DNA from: a candidate division FCPU426 bacterium
GTDB lineage: Bacteria > Oederibacteriota > Muellerivitia > Muellerivitales > Muellerivitaceae
Direction: 5' to 3'
Length of the DNA: 64,000 bases
NCBI GenBank assembly: GCA_963847625.1
Contig: CAWKAR010000019.1
Coordinates: 1-64,000 of the forward strand
This document shows, in pieces, positions 40,972 to 52,766 of this stretch (position 1 is its first letter; every line of letters starts with the position of its first letter). A model generated the notes under the pieces. The model did not search any database. It saw only the letters and a list, made by a program, of their open reading frames with translations, and was not told where the DNA came from. A program made the translations under genes and the position numbers.

Positions 40972-43359
40972 ATGTCTGAATCAAAGATATGCAGTAAATG
41001 TGGATTCAAAAATACTTCTTCTAATAATTTTTGCGAACAATGCGGCGTTAAACTCTCAAGTCCTGGGGAAATATCTGCAGTCCAAGAAAAAAGCCAAAAA
41101 GTTAATGCTACACCTTCAAAAGCAAGTAAAACTTCAACTGTGATTGAAACCAAAACTGATGATAAGTTGATTGTTTCTAACCAATTGGCTTCAGGTTTTT
41201 CCATATCCTGGCTGCAAATTTTATATGCCATCTTGCTTTTAATTACAGTTTTTACGCGATTTGATCACCTTGGTTTAAAACCCCACCACCACGATGAAAG
41301 CATGCATTCGTTTTACTCATATCAGTTATTTAAAGACGGGGATTACGAATATAACCCCATGATGCATGGTCCGTTTCAATTCCACGGAAATGCTTTTATG
41401 TATTATCTGTTCGGTGTTTCCGACGCCACTTCCCGTTACTTAGCAGCTTTTTTTGGATTGATGACGGTCATTCTCGCAATGTTTCTCGGTCCATTCCTGG
41501 GAAGGACGGCAACCTTCATTGCTACGGCGATGATTGTTTTTTCACCCAGCTTTATGTACTTCGATCGATTTTGCCGGGAAGATGCATATATTGCCGGGGG
41601 CACCTTCGCAATGGTGGTTTTTCTTTTCCGGTATTATCGTTTCCGAAAACCCCTTGACCTTTGGTTGGCTTCCCTGGGTTTCATTGTGGCCTTTAGTACG
41701 AAAGAGTCCATGTTTATAACCATTGCCGTTATCGGGACCTACCTTTTTATTCGCTTGCTTCCATGGATAGATGTATTAATTGCTGGAGGAATAACCGCAT
41801 TAGGAGTTTTATCTCAAATTGTCATTCTCAAAGTGGATGCCCAAATGCCCCAGCAACAACGATTGTTATTTTTGCTATTTCCGGCGATGCTTGCGTTCTT
41901 ATTCACCCTCTACCAGCTATTTAACCGTTGGAAAATTAACCAAAAACAAACACCGGAAAGTAAACTTTGGGCGATCATTCGCGGACTTGAATTTGAAAAA
42001 GTAAAATTCGACCTATTGTATCTTTTGGTTTGGTGGGTTATTTGTCTAATCATTCTAAAAGCATCTTTCCTTCGCTTGAATCAACCAACCCTCTTTTCAT
42101 TTATCATGCTAATCGCATATTTTTTAATATTGTTTCGCTTTTGTTGGTTATGGCTAAAAAATATTGCTCCAGCCCTAACAGGTTCAATTTCCATTGTCAG
42201 TATTGTCTTTACCCTTCTATTTACTACTTTTTTTACAGTCGGAGCTAACGAACCTGACTTTTTAAGCAGAATTCACCACCTTTTAAACGATCTATATCAA
42301 GGTGCTTTTGGAGGATTGGAATATTGGTGGGGTCAGCATGATGTACACCGGGGAGATGAACCTGGTTATTATTATTTTCTACAACTTCCAGCCAATGAAA
42401 CAGTTTCTTTCCTATTTTCAATCGTGGCTATGATTTATTACGGAATATTCAAAAACAAGAATATGCCCCTCTTTTTAAGTTATTGGTACGTTGGTTCCCT
42501 GGGGCTCTTTTCCTGGGCCGGAGAAAAAATGCCATGGTTGATTCTCCATCCATTACTTCCTTCATTATTATTAACCGCTTTCTTTGTCGGGGAAATATGG
42601 GATTCCAAACCATTGGAACAGGCCTGGCGTACCGCTCGGTCGGCTGCACTTTTGGTTTTCGCCTTGTTGCTTTCATATTCCCTCCATTCGGCTGTTCTTT
42701 TGAGTTTCTATCATGAAAGCAACCCAGTAGAGCCCTTGGTTTATGTTCAATCCGGCCCAGACTGCAAGGACGTGGAGAGGATTATACGGGATATATCCTA
42801 TGGAGAAACCGGTGGCCCAGACTTAGCCTTGACCATAGAGGACAAATGTTCCTGGCCTTTCGCTTGGCAACTTAGAGATTTCTCCAAGCGCAACCACCCT
42901 TCTACTATCACCATGGCGGATAATCCTATCGTACTGACTGGCACGGAGTCAGATGCCCAAGCCTACCCAATTTTAAGCCAAGCTGGCTATGTGAACCGAA
43001 AATACAAACTCCGGATTTGGTGGGTTCCCTCATGGTTCAAAAAAGGGTTCCCCGGCACCGAGATGAATTCAAGTCTATTTAGGGAATGGTTTTTCAGTAA
43101 TTTTATCCCATTGCCCTGGTACAGTCCTCGTCCGGATATGGTGGATTGGAGCGATTTGAAAAAATGGATTCTTTACAGGGAAGTTTGGTCGGACATGGGG
43201 AGTTATAACATGAGAATGTGGGTGCGGTCAGATCTGGCGCAAAAATATGGGTTTACAGATACTAATCGGTCCGATATTCCAACTGATTATCCTAAAGCTG
43301 AACCAACACCCGTTCCCGCGCCTACGAATCCTGCCTCAAATCACCATCACGGTCATTGA
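40972..43359 (+). CDS. TIGR03663/Agl23-like GT-C membrane protein with N-terminal zinc ribbon
   Basis: CSKC..NFCEQCG; TRFDHLGLKPHHHDESMH, YNPMMHGP, RFCRED, EKMPWL, EPLVYVQS, WPFAWQLR. Confidence 0.8.
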   Translation: MSESKICSKCGFKNTSSNNFCEQCGVKLSSPGEISAVQEKSQKVNATPSKASKTSTVIETKTDDKLIVSNQLASGFSISWLQILYAILLLITVFTRFDHLGLKPHHHDESMHSFYSYQLFKDGDYEYNPMMHGPFQFHGNAFMYYLFGVSDATSRYLAAFFGLMTVILAMFLGPFLGRTATFIATAMIVFSPSFMYFDRFCREDAYIAGGTFAMVVFLFRYYRFRKPLDLWLASLGFIVAFSTKESMFITIAVIGTYLFIRLLPWIDVLIAGGITALGVLSQIVILKVDAQMPQQQRLLFLLFPAMLAFLFTLYQLFNRWKINQKQTPESKLWAIIRGLEFEKVKFDLLYLLVWWVICLIILKASFLRLNQPTLFSFIMLIAYFLILFRFCWLWLKNIAPALTGSISIVSIVFTLLFTTFFTVGANEPDFLSRIHHLLNDLYQGAFGGLEYWWGQHDVHRGDEPGYYYFLQLPANETVSFLFSIVAMIYYGIFKNKNMPLFLSYWYVGSLGLFSWAGEKMPWLILHPLLPSLLLTAFFVGEIWDSKPLEQAWRTARSAALLVFALLLSYSLHSAVLLSFYHESNPVEPLVYVQSGPDCKDVERIIRDISYGETGGPDLALTIEDKCSWPFAWQLRDFSKRNHPSTITMADNPIVLTGTESDAQAYPILSQAGYVNRKYKLRIWWVPSWFKKGFPGTEMNSSLFREWFFSNFIPLPWYSPRPDMVDWSDLKKWILYREVWSDMGSYNMRMWVRSDLAQKYGFTDTNRSDIPTDYPKAEPTPVPAPTNPASNHHHGH

Positions 43360-43476
43360 AATTGATGGTTGTAGGGTTGATTTAGAAGGAAAATCTATTC
43401 AGGGTTTAGGCCTTATCGAATTGTCAGTTGCTTAAATCCGACCGGCTGATTCCCTGAAAATTCTTTTCTTAATACT

Positions 43477-45012
43477 TTATTGTTCTTTGGTCAGTCTATC
43501 GAGATATGCAGTTGTTTGGTTTTCTGAAACAAGTAACTTGCAAGCCACGCCCTGAATGTCCTTTGGACTTAGCGATCGAACCATCTCAATATACTTCAAT
43601 AAATAGCGCCAATCCCCGTGCACTGCTTGGTTGTATGCAAGATCCTGCGCCAACCCAGAAGTTGAAATCTTTCCCCAAAGGAATGCGGATTCCGCTTCCC
43701 GCCTGGCCCTTTCCATTTCATCCTTCGTAACCCCGTTTTTTTTGATATTGGTAACCTCATTTTCAATTTCATCGATTACGGCATTCATTTTAACTGTTGG
43801 TGCTGGGGTAAATTGTATTATGAACAAATTCGGATTACGATCCCCGGGAAAACCAGTAGAGGAAGAAATGGAAGATACCATTTTTTTTCCAAAAACCATA
43901 TTTTTTATCAGCCGGGAGCTGTTCCCGGTGGTCAGAATGGTGGAAAGAACGTCCAAGGCCACAGACTCGGGATGGGGAAAATTAGGGCAATGCCAGGCCA
44001 GCATAGCCATGGGATCCGCATCGAACTCCACATGAACGGTCTTTTGCCCCACTTGCGGCGGCTCTTGGGTCCATTCATGCTTTGAGGAAGCGACAGGTGG
44101 GTTCGGAACGGTTCCTAATGTCTTTTCTAGTAATGGAAGAATTTCTTCATGCCGAACACCGCCAACTATAGCCAAAACCCCCCGGTCGGGACGATAAGTG
44201 CGTTTATAAAATTCCTCTGCATCAGGTCTTAAAAGTTTTTGTATATCCGCCATCCAACCAATGGTGGGATCCTTATATGGGCTGGCTGAAAACGCAGTGG
44301 ATTCCAGGGCCTCATATAATTTCCCCTCCGGATTGGATTCGCTTCGCCAGCGGCGCTCCTGGGCCACCACATTCCTTTCAGAATAAAACTCGCGGAACAC
44401 TGGGTGGCTCAGACGGTCTTTTTCAATTTTTGCGTAAAGTCCGACCCGGTTGGCGGGCAGGGTAATGGTGTAGTTCGTGACATCCTGGCTGGTCCAAGCG
44501 TTCAGGCTTTGCCCGCCATAACGGGTATAGATAGCGTCCAATTCATCCTTGACCACCCATTTTTGGTGCTCGTCTTGGAGTTTTTTCATCTCCAAAGCCA
44601 GGCTCTTCAACCGCGCCTGGGACGGTTCGATTTTCTCCCTTTCTTTGTTCATTTCCTCCGCGACCAGATCCATGCGGTTAAGAATGGGTTTTTCCTTCTT
44701 GTAATTCCGGGTCCCGATTGTCTCAGTGCCCTTGAACATCATATGTTCCAGCATATGGGGCAACCCCGTCTTGCCTTTGGGAGCGTCCTGCGCCCCGACT
44801 GGTTGCATATAGGAGAAAGAAACAACCGGAACGCCCGGCCTCTCGACAATGAGCACTCGAAGTTTATTCGGAAGGACTTTTTCAAATACCGGCAGGGTCA
44901 GGCTATCCCCCTCCATATTTTCCCCGGGCCAAAGTTCAGTGGGGTTACAAAACCCGGCAAGGGAACAAACGGTTAAAGCCATCAGGAATTTTTGCGCCCG
45001 GAACATTTTCAT
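43477..45012 (-). CDS. Exported M16 (pitrilysin/insulinase) family zinc peptidase
   Basis: GLPHMLEHMMFKGT (HxxEH), LNAWTS, ERNVVAQER, SSRL. Confidence 0.92.
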   Translation of the reverse strand: MKMFRAQKFLMALTVCSLAGFCNPTELWPGENMEGDSLTLPVFEKVLPNKLRVLIVERPGVPVVSFSYMQPVGAQDAPKGKTGLPHMLEHMMFKGTETIGTRNYKKEKPILNRMDLVAEEMNKEREKIEPSQARLKSLALEMKKLQDEHQKWVVKDELDAIYTRYGGQSLNAWTSQDVTNYTITLPANRVGLYAKIEKDRLSHPVFREFYSERNVVAQERRWRSESNPEGKLYEALESTAFSASPYKDPTIGWMADIQKLLRPDAEEFYKRTYRPDRGVLAIVGGVRHEEILPLLEKTLGTVPNPPVASSKHEWTQEPPQVGQKTVHVEFDADPMAMLAWHCPNFPHPESVALDVLSTILTTGNSSRLIKNMVFGKKMVSSISSSTGFPGDRNPNLFIIQFTPAPTVKMNAVIDEIENEVTNIKKNGVTKDEMERARREAESAFLWGKISTSGLAQDLAYNQAVHGDWRYLLKYIEMVRSLSPKDIQGVACKLLVSENQTTAYLDRLTKEQ

Positions 45013-45103
45013 ATCTCCTTAAAAGGAATGAATTGGAATTATAACCCCGCGTCAATTTCAGGGTATAGATATCATCGCGAAATGGAACTGAACCGGTATA
45101 GGT

Positions 45104-46231
45104 TCAACTTCCGAGGCCGAGACCCAAAATTCTCCCCAAACTGAAGGTAATACCGGCCGCCAGGAGGCCCAGAATCAATTGCCGCAAACCGGCGTACCAA
45201 ACCGGTTTTCCGGTAAACAGTGTGCCCAAGGCCCCGAAGCCGAATAATCCTAGCGATCCCATGATGATACTGATGACCACGGGGGATTTTCCTCCCACGA
45301 GCAAAAAGGGAAACACCGGTATGAACGCTCCAAGCGCGAATAAAAGGAACGAGAATATGGCCGCCTTGGCCGGAGATCCCCCTTTATCATGGATGTCAAT
45401 CCCAAGCTCCTCCCGGACAAGGGTTTCCACCGCCCGGTTCTTGTCCGAAAGCATGTGTTGCGCCAGTTCCGCAGCTTGCCGGGTGGACATTCCTTTCGAC
45501 TCATAGATTAACTTGAGTTCCTCCATTTCCCCCTCGGGGTTCCCCTGAAATTCCTCCTCCTCGATTTTGATTTCCCTCTCAGCCAACTCCCTCGAACTTG
45601 TGACCGACAGCCATTCCCCCAGGGCCATGGAACAAGCACCCGCAAGGAGACCCGCCATGCCGGTTAGCAAAAGAACATGGTTGTTGATGGTCGCGCCGGC
45701 CACACCCATCACCAGGCTCAGGTTGGAACAGAGGCCGTCATTTGCGCCCATCACCGAGGCTCTCAGGGTATTTCCCTCCACGTTCTTATGGCGGCTTTCC
45801 AAATCCGCGGTGGAATCCGCCTTGGAGGGTGTATTTGGATCGTTTAAAATTTCACCCAGCAACAGGTCATGGCCGTGCTCTTCCAGCACCATAGGGGTTC
45901 CGTTCGTTTCAGGCTGGGGCGCGTACAAATTCCGATCCGCCTTTTCGCCTTCGGCGATGGTGCTTAGAGCCATTCGCGGTCCAAAAATCCTGGCAATCCC
46001 TATAAGAAACCTCGCCCTCCAGGAGGGCTTTCTGGCCGGAACCTTTCCCCCAGCTTTGATGATCTGCGCTTCCCAAAAATCCCTGTGTTTTTCCTCGACT
46101 CGCGCAAGATCCATGTAAACCTTGGAAAGTTTTTGGTTTTTTTCCGCTTTGGCAAGAGCCTGATATTGGATGGCGCTGTCGACTTCGCCCTGCCAGTTAG
46201 CCAGATAACGCTTGATATCGGATGACGCCAT
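45104..46231 (-). CDS. VIT1/CCC1 iron/manganese exporter with N-terminal ferritin/rubrerythrin-like domain
   Basis: N-terminal E..EEKH..EEHGH; LRASVMGANDGL, AGACSMALGEWLSV, REELG. Confidence 0.9.
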   Translation of the reverse strand: MASSDIKRYLANWQGEVDSAIQYQALAKAEKNQKLSKVYMDLARVEEKHRDFWEAQIIKAGGKVPARKPSWRARFLIGIARIFGPRMALSTIAEGEKADRNLYAPQPETNGTPMVLEEHGHDLLLGEILNDPNTPSKADSTADLESRHKNVEGNTLRASVMGANDGLCSNLSLVMGVAGATINNHVLLLTGMAGLLAGACSMALGEWLSVTSSRELAEREIKIEEEEFQGNPEGEMEELKLIYESKGMSTRQAAELAQHMLSDKNRAVETLVREELGIDIHDKGGSPAKAAIFSFLLFALGAFIPVFPFLLVGGKSPVVISIIMGSLGLFGFGALGTLFTGKPVWYAGLRQLILGLLAAGITFSLGRILGLGLGS

Positions 46232-46620
46232 TCCAAACACCTCCAATTATTATCGACTAATTTTATTTCAATAATTTCCATTCTCTAACACAACTTACAA
46301 TTTCGTGAAAAACAAAGGGTTAAAACCAGTCCGTCAGTTTTGGGGCAGCCTTAAATTCTCAAAAATATTATACTTAAATCCCAAAAAACAAAGTGTGGGT
46401 GTTTTTTTATTGAAGGAGTTTATTACTAAACTGACACGGCAAACCAATTACTGGATTTAATCTGATATATAATCTTTTAGAAAAAAACATTTAAATTCAA
46501 ATTTAAGCCAACTATCACGATTTTTGGAATTTTCTAGCCCCAATACATCTTAGGATTCGATTACACCCAAAGCCTCGATACAGCCTGATTTACGCCGGTC
46601 ATCGTATCCATTGGATTTTC

Positions 46621-49600
46621 TTACCTGATAAAAATAACCCTCTTAGTTTTGCGATCCATGGGTTCCGTCAGATAGAAAAGGTAAACCCCGCTCGCACAGA
46701 TATCCCCGTACTTGTTCCTCCCGTCCCAATAGAAACTCCCTTGGAACGGCGCTTGCAGGTACCGGCTGTCCAACGTTTTGATGTGCTCCCCCGCCGAGTT
46801 GTACACGCTCAACTCGAACGGCCCCGGGTATTGACTCGTTCCCACATAGATAGATACCGACTCCCCGCCCTTGAACACGTTCTTCGTCACAGTGAAGTAA
46901 TCCACTGTCGGCGTCCAGGTCGGCACCTGCGTAACCGAGGAGGTCACCGTGGGCGTAGAAGTCGGCGTGGGGGTGGAGGTCCAAAGGGGCGTGTTAGTCC
47001 TTGTCGGAGTTGGGGTGCGTGTGGCTGTCGGTGTGCGGGTAGGCGTGGGGGTGGAAGTGGAGGTTCGGCTGCTGGTAATGGTTGGGGTCGAGGTCGAGGT
47101 TCGGGTGAAGGTTGGGGTACGCGTATTCGTGGGAGTAAAGGTGGCAGTCGGGGTGAATGTGGCCGTGGCGGTGTTGGTGGGGGTTTTCGTGGATGTCGAA
47201 GTGCCCGTATTAGTCGGGGTGCTGGTTGTGGTCGGCGTGTTGGTCGACGTCCTCGTATTCGTAGCGGTAAATGTGGAGGTTGGGGTCGAGGTGTCCGTAG
47301 GGCTATAGGTGGCCGTCGGGGTCGGCGTAGCCGTGGCGGTGTTCGTGGGGGTTTTCGTGAATGTCGGAGTGCTCGTATCAGTTGGGGTGTTGGTTATGGT
47401 CGGTGTAGAGGTTGAGGTCAATGTATCCGTGGCGGTGAAGGTGGAGGTGGGGGTCAACGTAGCCGTGGGACTATAGGTGGCCGTCGGGGTTGGCGTGACA
47501 GTGGCGGTGTTCGTGGGGGTTTTCGTAGATGTCGACGTGAACGTGTCAGTTGGAGTATTCGTCTGGGTGGCCGTAAAAGTATCGGTTGGTGTGTTGGTCG
47601 AAGTGTAAGTATTCGTGGCCGTATAAGTGTCCGTCGGGGTGTTGCTCGGCGTCGGGGTATTGGTATAGGTCGACGTGTTTGTGGGAGTGCTGGTATTCGT
47701 GGGCGAGAAGGTGTTCGTCGGGGTGTCGGTGGAGGTCGGCGTGAATTTGGGGGTTTCGGTCGGCGTGGGTGTGGCGGTGGAAGTGCTGCTTGGAGTCGGG
47801 GTTGGCGTCGATGTGTTCGTGGGTGTGTTCGTCGACGTCGGGGTAGGAGTGTTGGTCGGGGTGTTCGTGGATGTGGGGGTGTTCGTCGGCGTATTGGTGA
47901 ATGTTAGCGTGAAGATGGGCGTGTTGGTCGGAGTCGGGGTAGGAGTCGAAGTCGACGTGCTAGTCGACGTCGAAATCGGCGTATTCGTCGGGGTGTTCGT
48001 CGGCGTGTTGGTCGGAGTCGGGGTAGGTGTCGAAGTGGACGTGGTGGTCGGAGTCGCAGTCGGTGTCAAGGTCGGCGTGGGGGTGGGTGTTGAGGTCGGT
48101 GTTTTCGTCGGGGTGTTCGTGGACGTGGGAGTGGGCGTAGTCGTTGGCGTAATCGTGGGCGTATTCGTGGGTGATGTCGTCCCGGTCGGGCTGGGGGTCG
48201 GAGAAGACGTGATGGTGGGTGTAGGGGTGGACGTGGAAGTCGGTGTGTTCGTGGGGGTATTGGTCGGGGTCGGCGTGGGTGTCGTCGTCGGAGTCGGGGT
48301 GGGCGTGTTTGTGGGTGTGTTGGTTGGGGTATTCGTGGGCGTGGGCGAGGATGTGGTTGTCGGGGTGGGTGTCGGGGTGGGTGTGGGCGTACGAGTCGGC
48401 GTGTTGGTCGGGGTGAATGTGGGTGTCGTCGTCGGAGTCGGTGTGGGAGTGTTCGTGGGGGTGTTGGTCGGGGTATTGGTCGGCGTGGGCAAGGGTGTGA
48501 TCGTGGGTGTGGAAGTCGAAGTAGGTGTGGACGTACGAGTCGGCGTATTGGTCGGGGTGTTCGTGGGTGAGGTGGTCCCGGTCGGGCTGGGGGTCGGAGT
48601 GAGTGTGATCGTAGGCGTGTTGGTTGGTGTGGGCGTGGGCGTGATCGTCGGGGTGGGAGTGGGTGTCCGGGTCGACGTGTTCGTAGGCGTGTTGGTCGGA
48701 GTGGGTGAGGGTGTGGTTGTCGGAGTCGGCGTGGGAGTGTTTGTGGGTGTGTTGGTCGGGGTATTCGTGGGCGTATTGGTCGGGGTAGGAGTGGGTGTGG
48801 TCGTCGGAGTCGGGGTGGGAGTGTTGGTGGGTGTGTTGGTTGGGGTATTGGTTGGCGTGGGAGAGGGCGTTGTTGTCGGGGTGGGTGTCGGGGTACGTGT
48901 GGGCGTATTAGTCGGGGTATTGGTTGGCGTAGGCGTGGGTGTGATCGTGGGTGTGGAAGTCGACGTGGGGGTGGACGTTCTCGTGGGCGTATTGGTTGGG
49001 GTATTCGTGGGTGAGGTGGTCCCGGTCGGGCTGGGGGTCGGCGAGAGCGTATTCGTCGGCGTGTTCGTGGGTGTTGGGGTGGGGGTGATGGTCGGCGTGG
49101 GGGTTGGGGTCCTCGTCGGGGTATTCGTGGCCGTATTGGTCGGGGTGGGTGTGGGTGTAGTCGTCGGAGTTGGGGTCGGGGTCCTCGTCGGTGTATTCGT
49201 GGGCGTGTTCGTCGGGGTGGGTGTAGGTGTGGTCGTCGGGGTCGGGGTGGGTGTGTTGGTCGGGGTATTGGTTGGCGTAGGAGTAGGAGTCGTCGTGGGA
49301 GTGGGAGTAGGTGTGCGCGTCGGGGTGTTGATCGAGGTATTGGTTGGCGTGGGTGTGGGTGTCGTCGTGAGGGTGGGAGTAGGTGTGGATGTGGGTGTTC
49401 TCGTGGGCGTGTTCGTTGGGGTGGGTGTGGGTGTGGTCGTTGGGGTCGGAGTGGGTGTGTTCGTGGGTGTGTTGGTTGGGGTATTCGTCGGCGTGGGAGA
49501 GGGCGTCGTTGTCGGGGTGGGTGTCGGGGTACGTGTGGGCGTATTAGTCGGGGTATTGGTCGGGGTGGGTGTGGGGGTAATGGTGGGTGTGGGAGTCGGG

Positions 49601-52158
49601 GTAGGTGTATTCGTGCGAGTCGGCGTGTTGGTCGGGGTGTTCGTGGGCGATGTGGTGCCGGTCGGGCTGGGGGTCGGCGAAGGTGTATTCGTGGGCGTGT
49701 TGGTCGGGGTGGGCGTGGGGGTGATGGTAGGCGTGGGAGTCGGCGTGCGCGTGGGTGTGTTCGTCGGCGTATTGGTCGGGGTAGGAGTGGGTGTGGTCGT
49801 CGGGGTCGGCGTGGGTGTCCTTGTCGGTGTATTCGTAGGCGTGTTCGTCGGGGTGGGTGTGGGTGTGGTCGTTGGGGTCGGCGTGGGGGTGTTCGTAGGT
49901 GTGTTCGTAGGGGTATTGGTCGGGGTGGGAGTCGGGGTCGTGGTGGGAGTAGGAGTCGGTGTCCGAGTCGGTGTGTTCGTGGGAGTATTCGTCGGGGTAG
50001 GAGTGGGGCTTGTGGTAGGAGTTGGGGTCGGGGTGGGAGTAGGGGTTCTCGTGGGCGTGTTAGTAGGGGTCGGGGTTGGGGTCGTCGTCGGAGTCGGTGT
50101 TGGCGTGTTCGTGGGAGTCAGGGTAGGGGTATTCGTAGGCGTAGGGGTGGGCGTACGGGTCGGAGTGGGTGTAGGAGTATTCGTGGGTGTGTTCGTGGGG
50201 GTGTTTGTGGGTGTAGGCGTGGGGCTTGTTGTGGGGGTGGGTGTTGGCGTCCGGGTCGGGGTGTTTGTGGGGGTATTGGTTGGCGTGGGAGTGGGCGAGA
50301 CGGTCGGGGTCGGAGTTGGGGTATTAGTCGGGGTGGGTGTCGGCGTCCGAGTCGGGGTATTCGTGGGGGTATTGGTCGGCGTGGGAGTGGGCGAGACTGT
50401 CGGGGTCGGGGTGGGCGAATTCGTCCTCGTCGGCGTGTTCGTGGGGGTATTGGTCGGCGTGGGGGTGGGTGTGGCCGTCGGGGTCGACGTCCGGGTCGGG
50501 GTATTCGTGGGGGTATTGGTCGGCGTGGGGGTGGGTGAGACGGTCGGGGTAGGGGTCGGCGTCCTGGTCGGGGTATTCGTAGGGGTATTGGTCGGTGTGG
50601 GGGTGGGCGAGACAGTCGGGGTCGGAGTGGGCGTATTCGTCCGGGTCGGCGTGTTCGTTGGTGAATTCGTCGGGGTAGGGGTTAGCGAGGGGGTCGGTGA
50701 TGGTGTGTTAGTCGGAGTATTGGTGCGGGTTGGGGTGTTGGTAGGAGTGGGAGTATTGGTATAGGTATAGGTGTAAGTGTGGGTGAAGGTGGGAGTGACG
50801 GCTGGGGTCGGAGTATAGGTATTGGTGTTAGTGGGAGTGGGAGTATAGGTATAGGTATAAGTGTTGGTATGGGTGAAGGTTGGCGTGACGGCGATCGTCG
50901 GAGTGTAGGTGAAAGTATGTGTAAAGGTGGCCGTAAAGGTATTGGTGAAAGTGTTGGTGTGGGTGAAGGTGGGAGTCATGGCGACCGTCGGGGTATAGGT
51001 GTGAGTAAGCGTATAGGTGGGTGTTGGGGTATAGGTAAAGGTATGGGTGGGTGTGAAAGTATTGGTGTAGCAAGGGATGTTGAAGGTCACCGTGTTGGAG
51101 GTCTTCCCCCCCATGGTAAAGTTGTTGGTGGCCGTCGTGCATTGGTTGTTGACCAACCCGTTGTTGTCATAAGCGTCTTCCGTAAAGGTGACGCAGGAGT
51201 TTCCCGCAAACCCCTCCCCCCAGATGACGGAAATCTGGTTCCCCCCAACGCCGTTGACATAGGGCTCGGTGGCGATGTAATTCCCGTTTTGCACCGAAGC
51301 CCCGCCGCTCAGAAGCGACGTGGATTGCCAATAGCCCTGGCTGATCGTGTCTACCAGGGTGACTGAGGTCGTGGCAGGACCCCCTGTGTTGCAAACGGTC
51401 AGGCAGAACCCGATTGAGATGTTGTTGCTTCCGGACTGGGTGCTCGCCGCGCTGCAGATGGCTTTTCCGACCGTGAATGCCGGAGGGCCCAGGGTCGTTC
51501 CTGACGCCGGGATCGCGACGCCTTGGGAGAAAAACAGGGCCCCGTTGCAGTTGCTGGTGCTGTAATCCCCATTGGCGTCCGTCGATAAATAAGGAACTCT
51601 TGCGCCGCTCACGGGGTTCCAGATGCCCTGGCCCCAACAGCAATCCGCCGAAGTGGCACTGACCTGGGTCGGGCTGCCCCAGCCGCTGGTGCTGTAGTCG
51701 GTCGCGTACCAGTTGGTGGCGGGGGGAGTGGTGGGGTTCCCCGAGCTGATGTAATCCATATGGACGCCGCCGCTTCCGCTGGTGATCTCGGAATGCTGGC
51801 CGTTGGAACAGGTGATGTCCAGATCCCAGGAAGCGTAAAGGTTGTTGCAGGCGGTGTTTTGGGTGTAAACGCTGATGTAAACCTCGGACCCTGTCAAAAG
51901 GGATGTGGCAACAGTAAGACAACCCGGGGGACAACTGCCGCTACCATCCCAGTTGCAATAAGCCACTTGCCCCAGGTAAACGCCGCCAACATAGACCTGC
52001 GACCAGTCGTCGCTGGAAACGCAAATCTTGGCGGAACTCGGCGTGCATTGGGCCCAGGACTGAACTGGTATGCCCACAAGGAAGAAAAACCCAAGAACGC
52101 TTAAAACCAAACTTGACCGAGTTGAAGGCGAAGAAAGTTTGAATAACGAAATTTTCAT
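46621..52158 (-). CDS. Giant secreted protein: Cys-rich beta-sandwich head, DUF11-like domain, ~1400-aa Thr/Pro stalk, FlgD-Ig/T9SS-type-B-like C-terminal domain (start 52158 or 52200)
   Basis: Signal peptide ending [30 protein letters not shown]; (TP/TN)n; [34 protein letters not shown]. Confidence 0.8.
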   Translation of the reverse strand: MKISLFKLSSPSTRSSLVLSVLGFFFLVGIPVQSWAQCTPSSAKICVSSDDWSQVYVGGVYLGQVAYCNWDGSGSCPPGCLTVATSLLTGSEVYISVYTQNTACNNLYASWDLDITCSNGQHSEITSGSGGVHMDYISSGNPTTPPATNWYATDYSTSGWGSPTQVSATSADCCWGQGIWNPVSGARVPYLSTDANGDYSTSNCNGALFFSQGVAIPASGTTLGPPAFTVGKAICSAASTQSGSNNISIGFCLTVCNTGGPATTSVTLVDTISQGYWQSTSLLSGGASVQNGNYIATEPYVNGVGGNQISVIWGEGFAGNSCVTFTEDAYDNNGLVNNQCTTATNNFTMGGKTSNTVTFNIPCYTNTFTPTHTFTYTPTPTYTLTHTYTPTVAMTPTFTHTNTFTNTFTATFTHTFTYTPTIAVTPTFTHTNTYTYTYTPTPTNTNTYTPTPAVTPTFTHTYTYTYTNTPTPTNTPTRTNTPTNTPSPTPSLTPTPTNSPTNTPTRTNTPTPTPTVSPTPTPTNTPTNTPTRTPTPTPTVSPTPTPTNTPTNTPTRTSTPTATPTPTPTNTPTNTPTRTNSPTPTPTVSPTPTPTNTPTNTPTRTPTPTPTNTPTPTPTVSPTPTPTNTPTNTPTRTPTPTPTTSPTPTPTNTPTNTPTNTPTPTPTRTPTPTPTNTPTLTPTNTPTPTPTTTPTPTPTNTPTRTPTPTPTPTPTTSPTPTPTNTPTNTPTRTPTPTPTTTPTPTPTNTPTNTPTNTPTPTPTTTPTPTPTNTPTNTPTRTPTPTPTTTPTPTPTNTPTNTPTRTPTPTPTITPTPTPTNTPTNTPSPTPSPTGTTSPTNTPTNTPTRTNTPTPTPTPTITPTPTPTNTPTNTPTRTPTPTPTTTPSPTPTNTPTNTPTNTPTPTPTTTPTPTPTNTPTRTPTSTPTPTLTTTPTPTPTNTSINTPTRTPTPTPTTTPTPTPTNTPTNTPTPTPTTTPTPTPTNTPTNTPTRTPTPTPTTTPTPTPTNTATNTPTRTPTPTPTITPTPTPTNTPTNTLSPTPSPTGTTSPTNTPTNTPTRTSTPTSTSTPTITPTPTPTNTPTNTPTRTPTPTPTTTPSPTPTNTPTNTPTNTPTPTPTTTPTPTPTNTPTNTPTNTPTNTPTPTPTTTPSPTPTNTPTNTSTRTPTPTPTITPTPTPTNTPTITLTPTPSPTGTTSPTNTPTNTPTRTSTPTSTSTPTITPLPTPTNTPTNTPTNTPTPTPTTTPTFTPTNTPTRTPTPTPTPTPTTTSSPTPTNTPTNTPTNTPTPTPTTTPTPTPTNTPTNTPTSTSTPTPTITSSPTPSPTGTTSPTNTPTITPTTTPTPTSTNTPTKTPTSTPTPTPTLTPTATPTTTSTSTPTPTPTNTPTNTPTNTPISTSTSTSTSTPTPTPTNTPIFTLTFTNTPTNTPTSTNTPTNTPTPTSTNTPTNTSTPTPTPSSTSTATPTPTETPKFTPTSTDTPTNTFSPTNTSTPTNTSTYTNTPTPSNTPTDTYTATNTYTSTNTPTDTFTATQTNTPTDTFTSTSTKTPTNTATVTPTPTATYSPTATLTPTSTFTATDTLTSTSTPTITNTPTDTSTPTFTKTPTNTATATPTPTATYSPTDTSTPTSTFTATNTRTSTNTPTTTSTPTNTGTSTSTKTPTNTATATFTPTATFTPTNTRTPTFTRTSTSTPTITSSRTSTSTPTPTRTPTATRTPTPTRTNTPLWTSTPTPTSTPTVTSSVTQVPTWTPTVDYFTVTKNVFKGGESVSIYVGTSQYPGPFELSVYNSAGEHIKTLDSRYLQAPFQGSFYWDGRNKYGDICASGVYLFYLTEPMDRKTKRVIFIR

Positions 52159-52766
52159 TCTAAGTTTTTCACCATATTCCAATATGCAAAGGCTCTTCAA
52201 AGCCTCCGTTGCGTCGATGAGACCTGACTTTAGAATTCAAAACAATATCAGTAGTAAAAACGTTTTTAATTCTAAAAACTTTAACAAATTATCGCACAAA
52301 ACAATTCTTTTAGCGAATAGGACTATTATTCCGAGAAAGAATAAACCTATGACCTTCTCCCTTAACCTGACTACCAGGTTGTGCCATTCGATATTGCCAA
52401 AACCCCGGAGTTCAAAGCTTCCGCCGAAGAGTCTAAACCCCTTATGAAAGCGTTTTTCTCCTTGATGCGCATAAGTGCATATTGTGATAGTTTCCAATCA
52501 ACCCGTGGGAATAGCTTTTGCTTCGATTCTTGACTTAGGCCCCAAATAGCACGCTAAAACCATAATAAATCCTTTAAAAAGAGGGGTTAACAAAGATTTA
52601 ACAATGAAAAGAAAAAAACCTTATAAAGTCCTATTAACATGAAATAAATTAATGGTTTTTAACTAATCAAATAAATCTTGTTCTTCGAGAACCGTTTTAA
52701 CCGGTGAAACAAACGATTAATATGTTTTCTTCCGAATAAACCTTAAACAATCAACCAAGGAGTTCC

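Noticed and set aside
47675..50764. 1029-aa Val/Gly-rich ORF on the + strand
   Set aside because: Antisense shadow of the Thr/Pro/Asn stalk codons (ACN/CCN/AAY), which rarely create stops on the opposite strand
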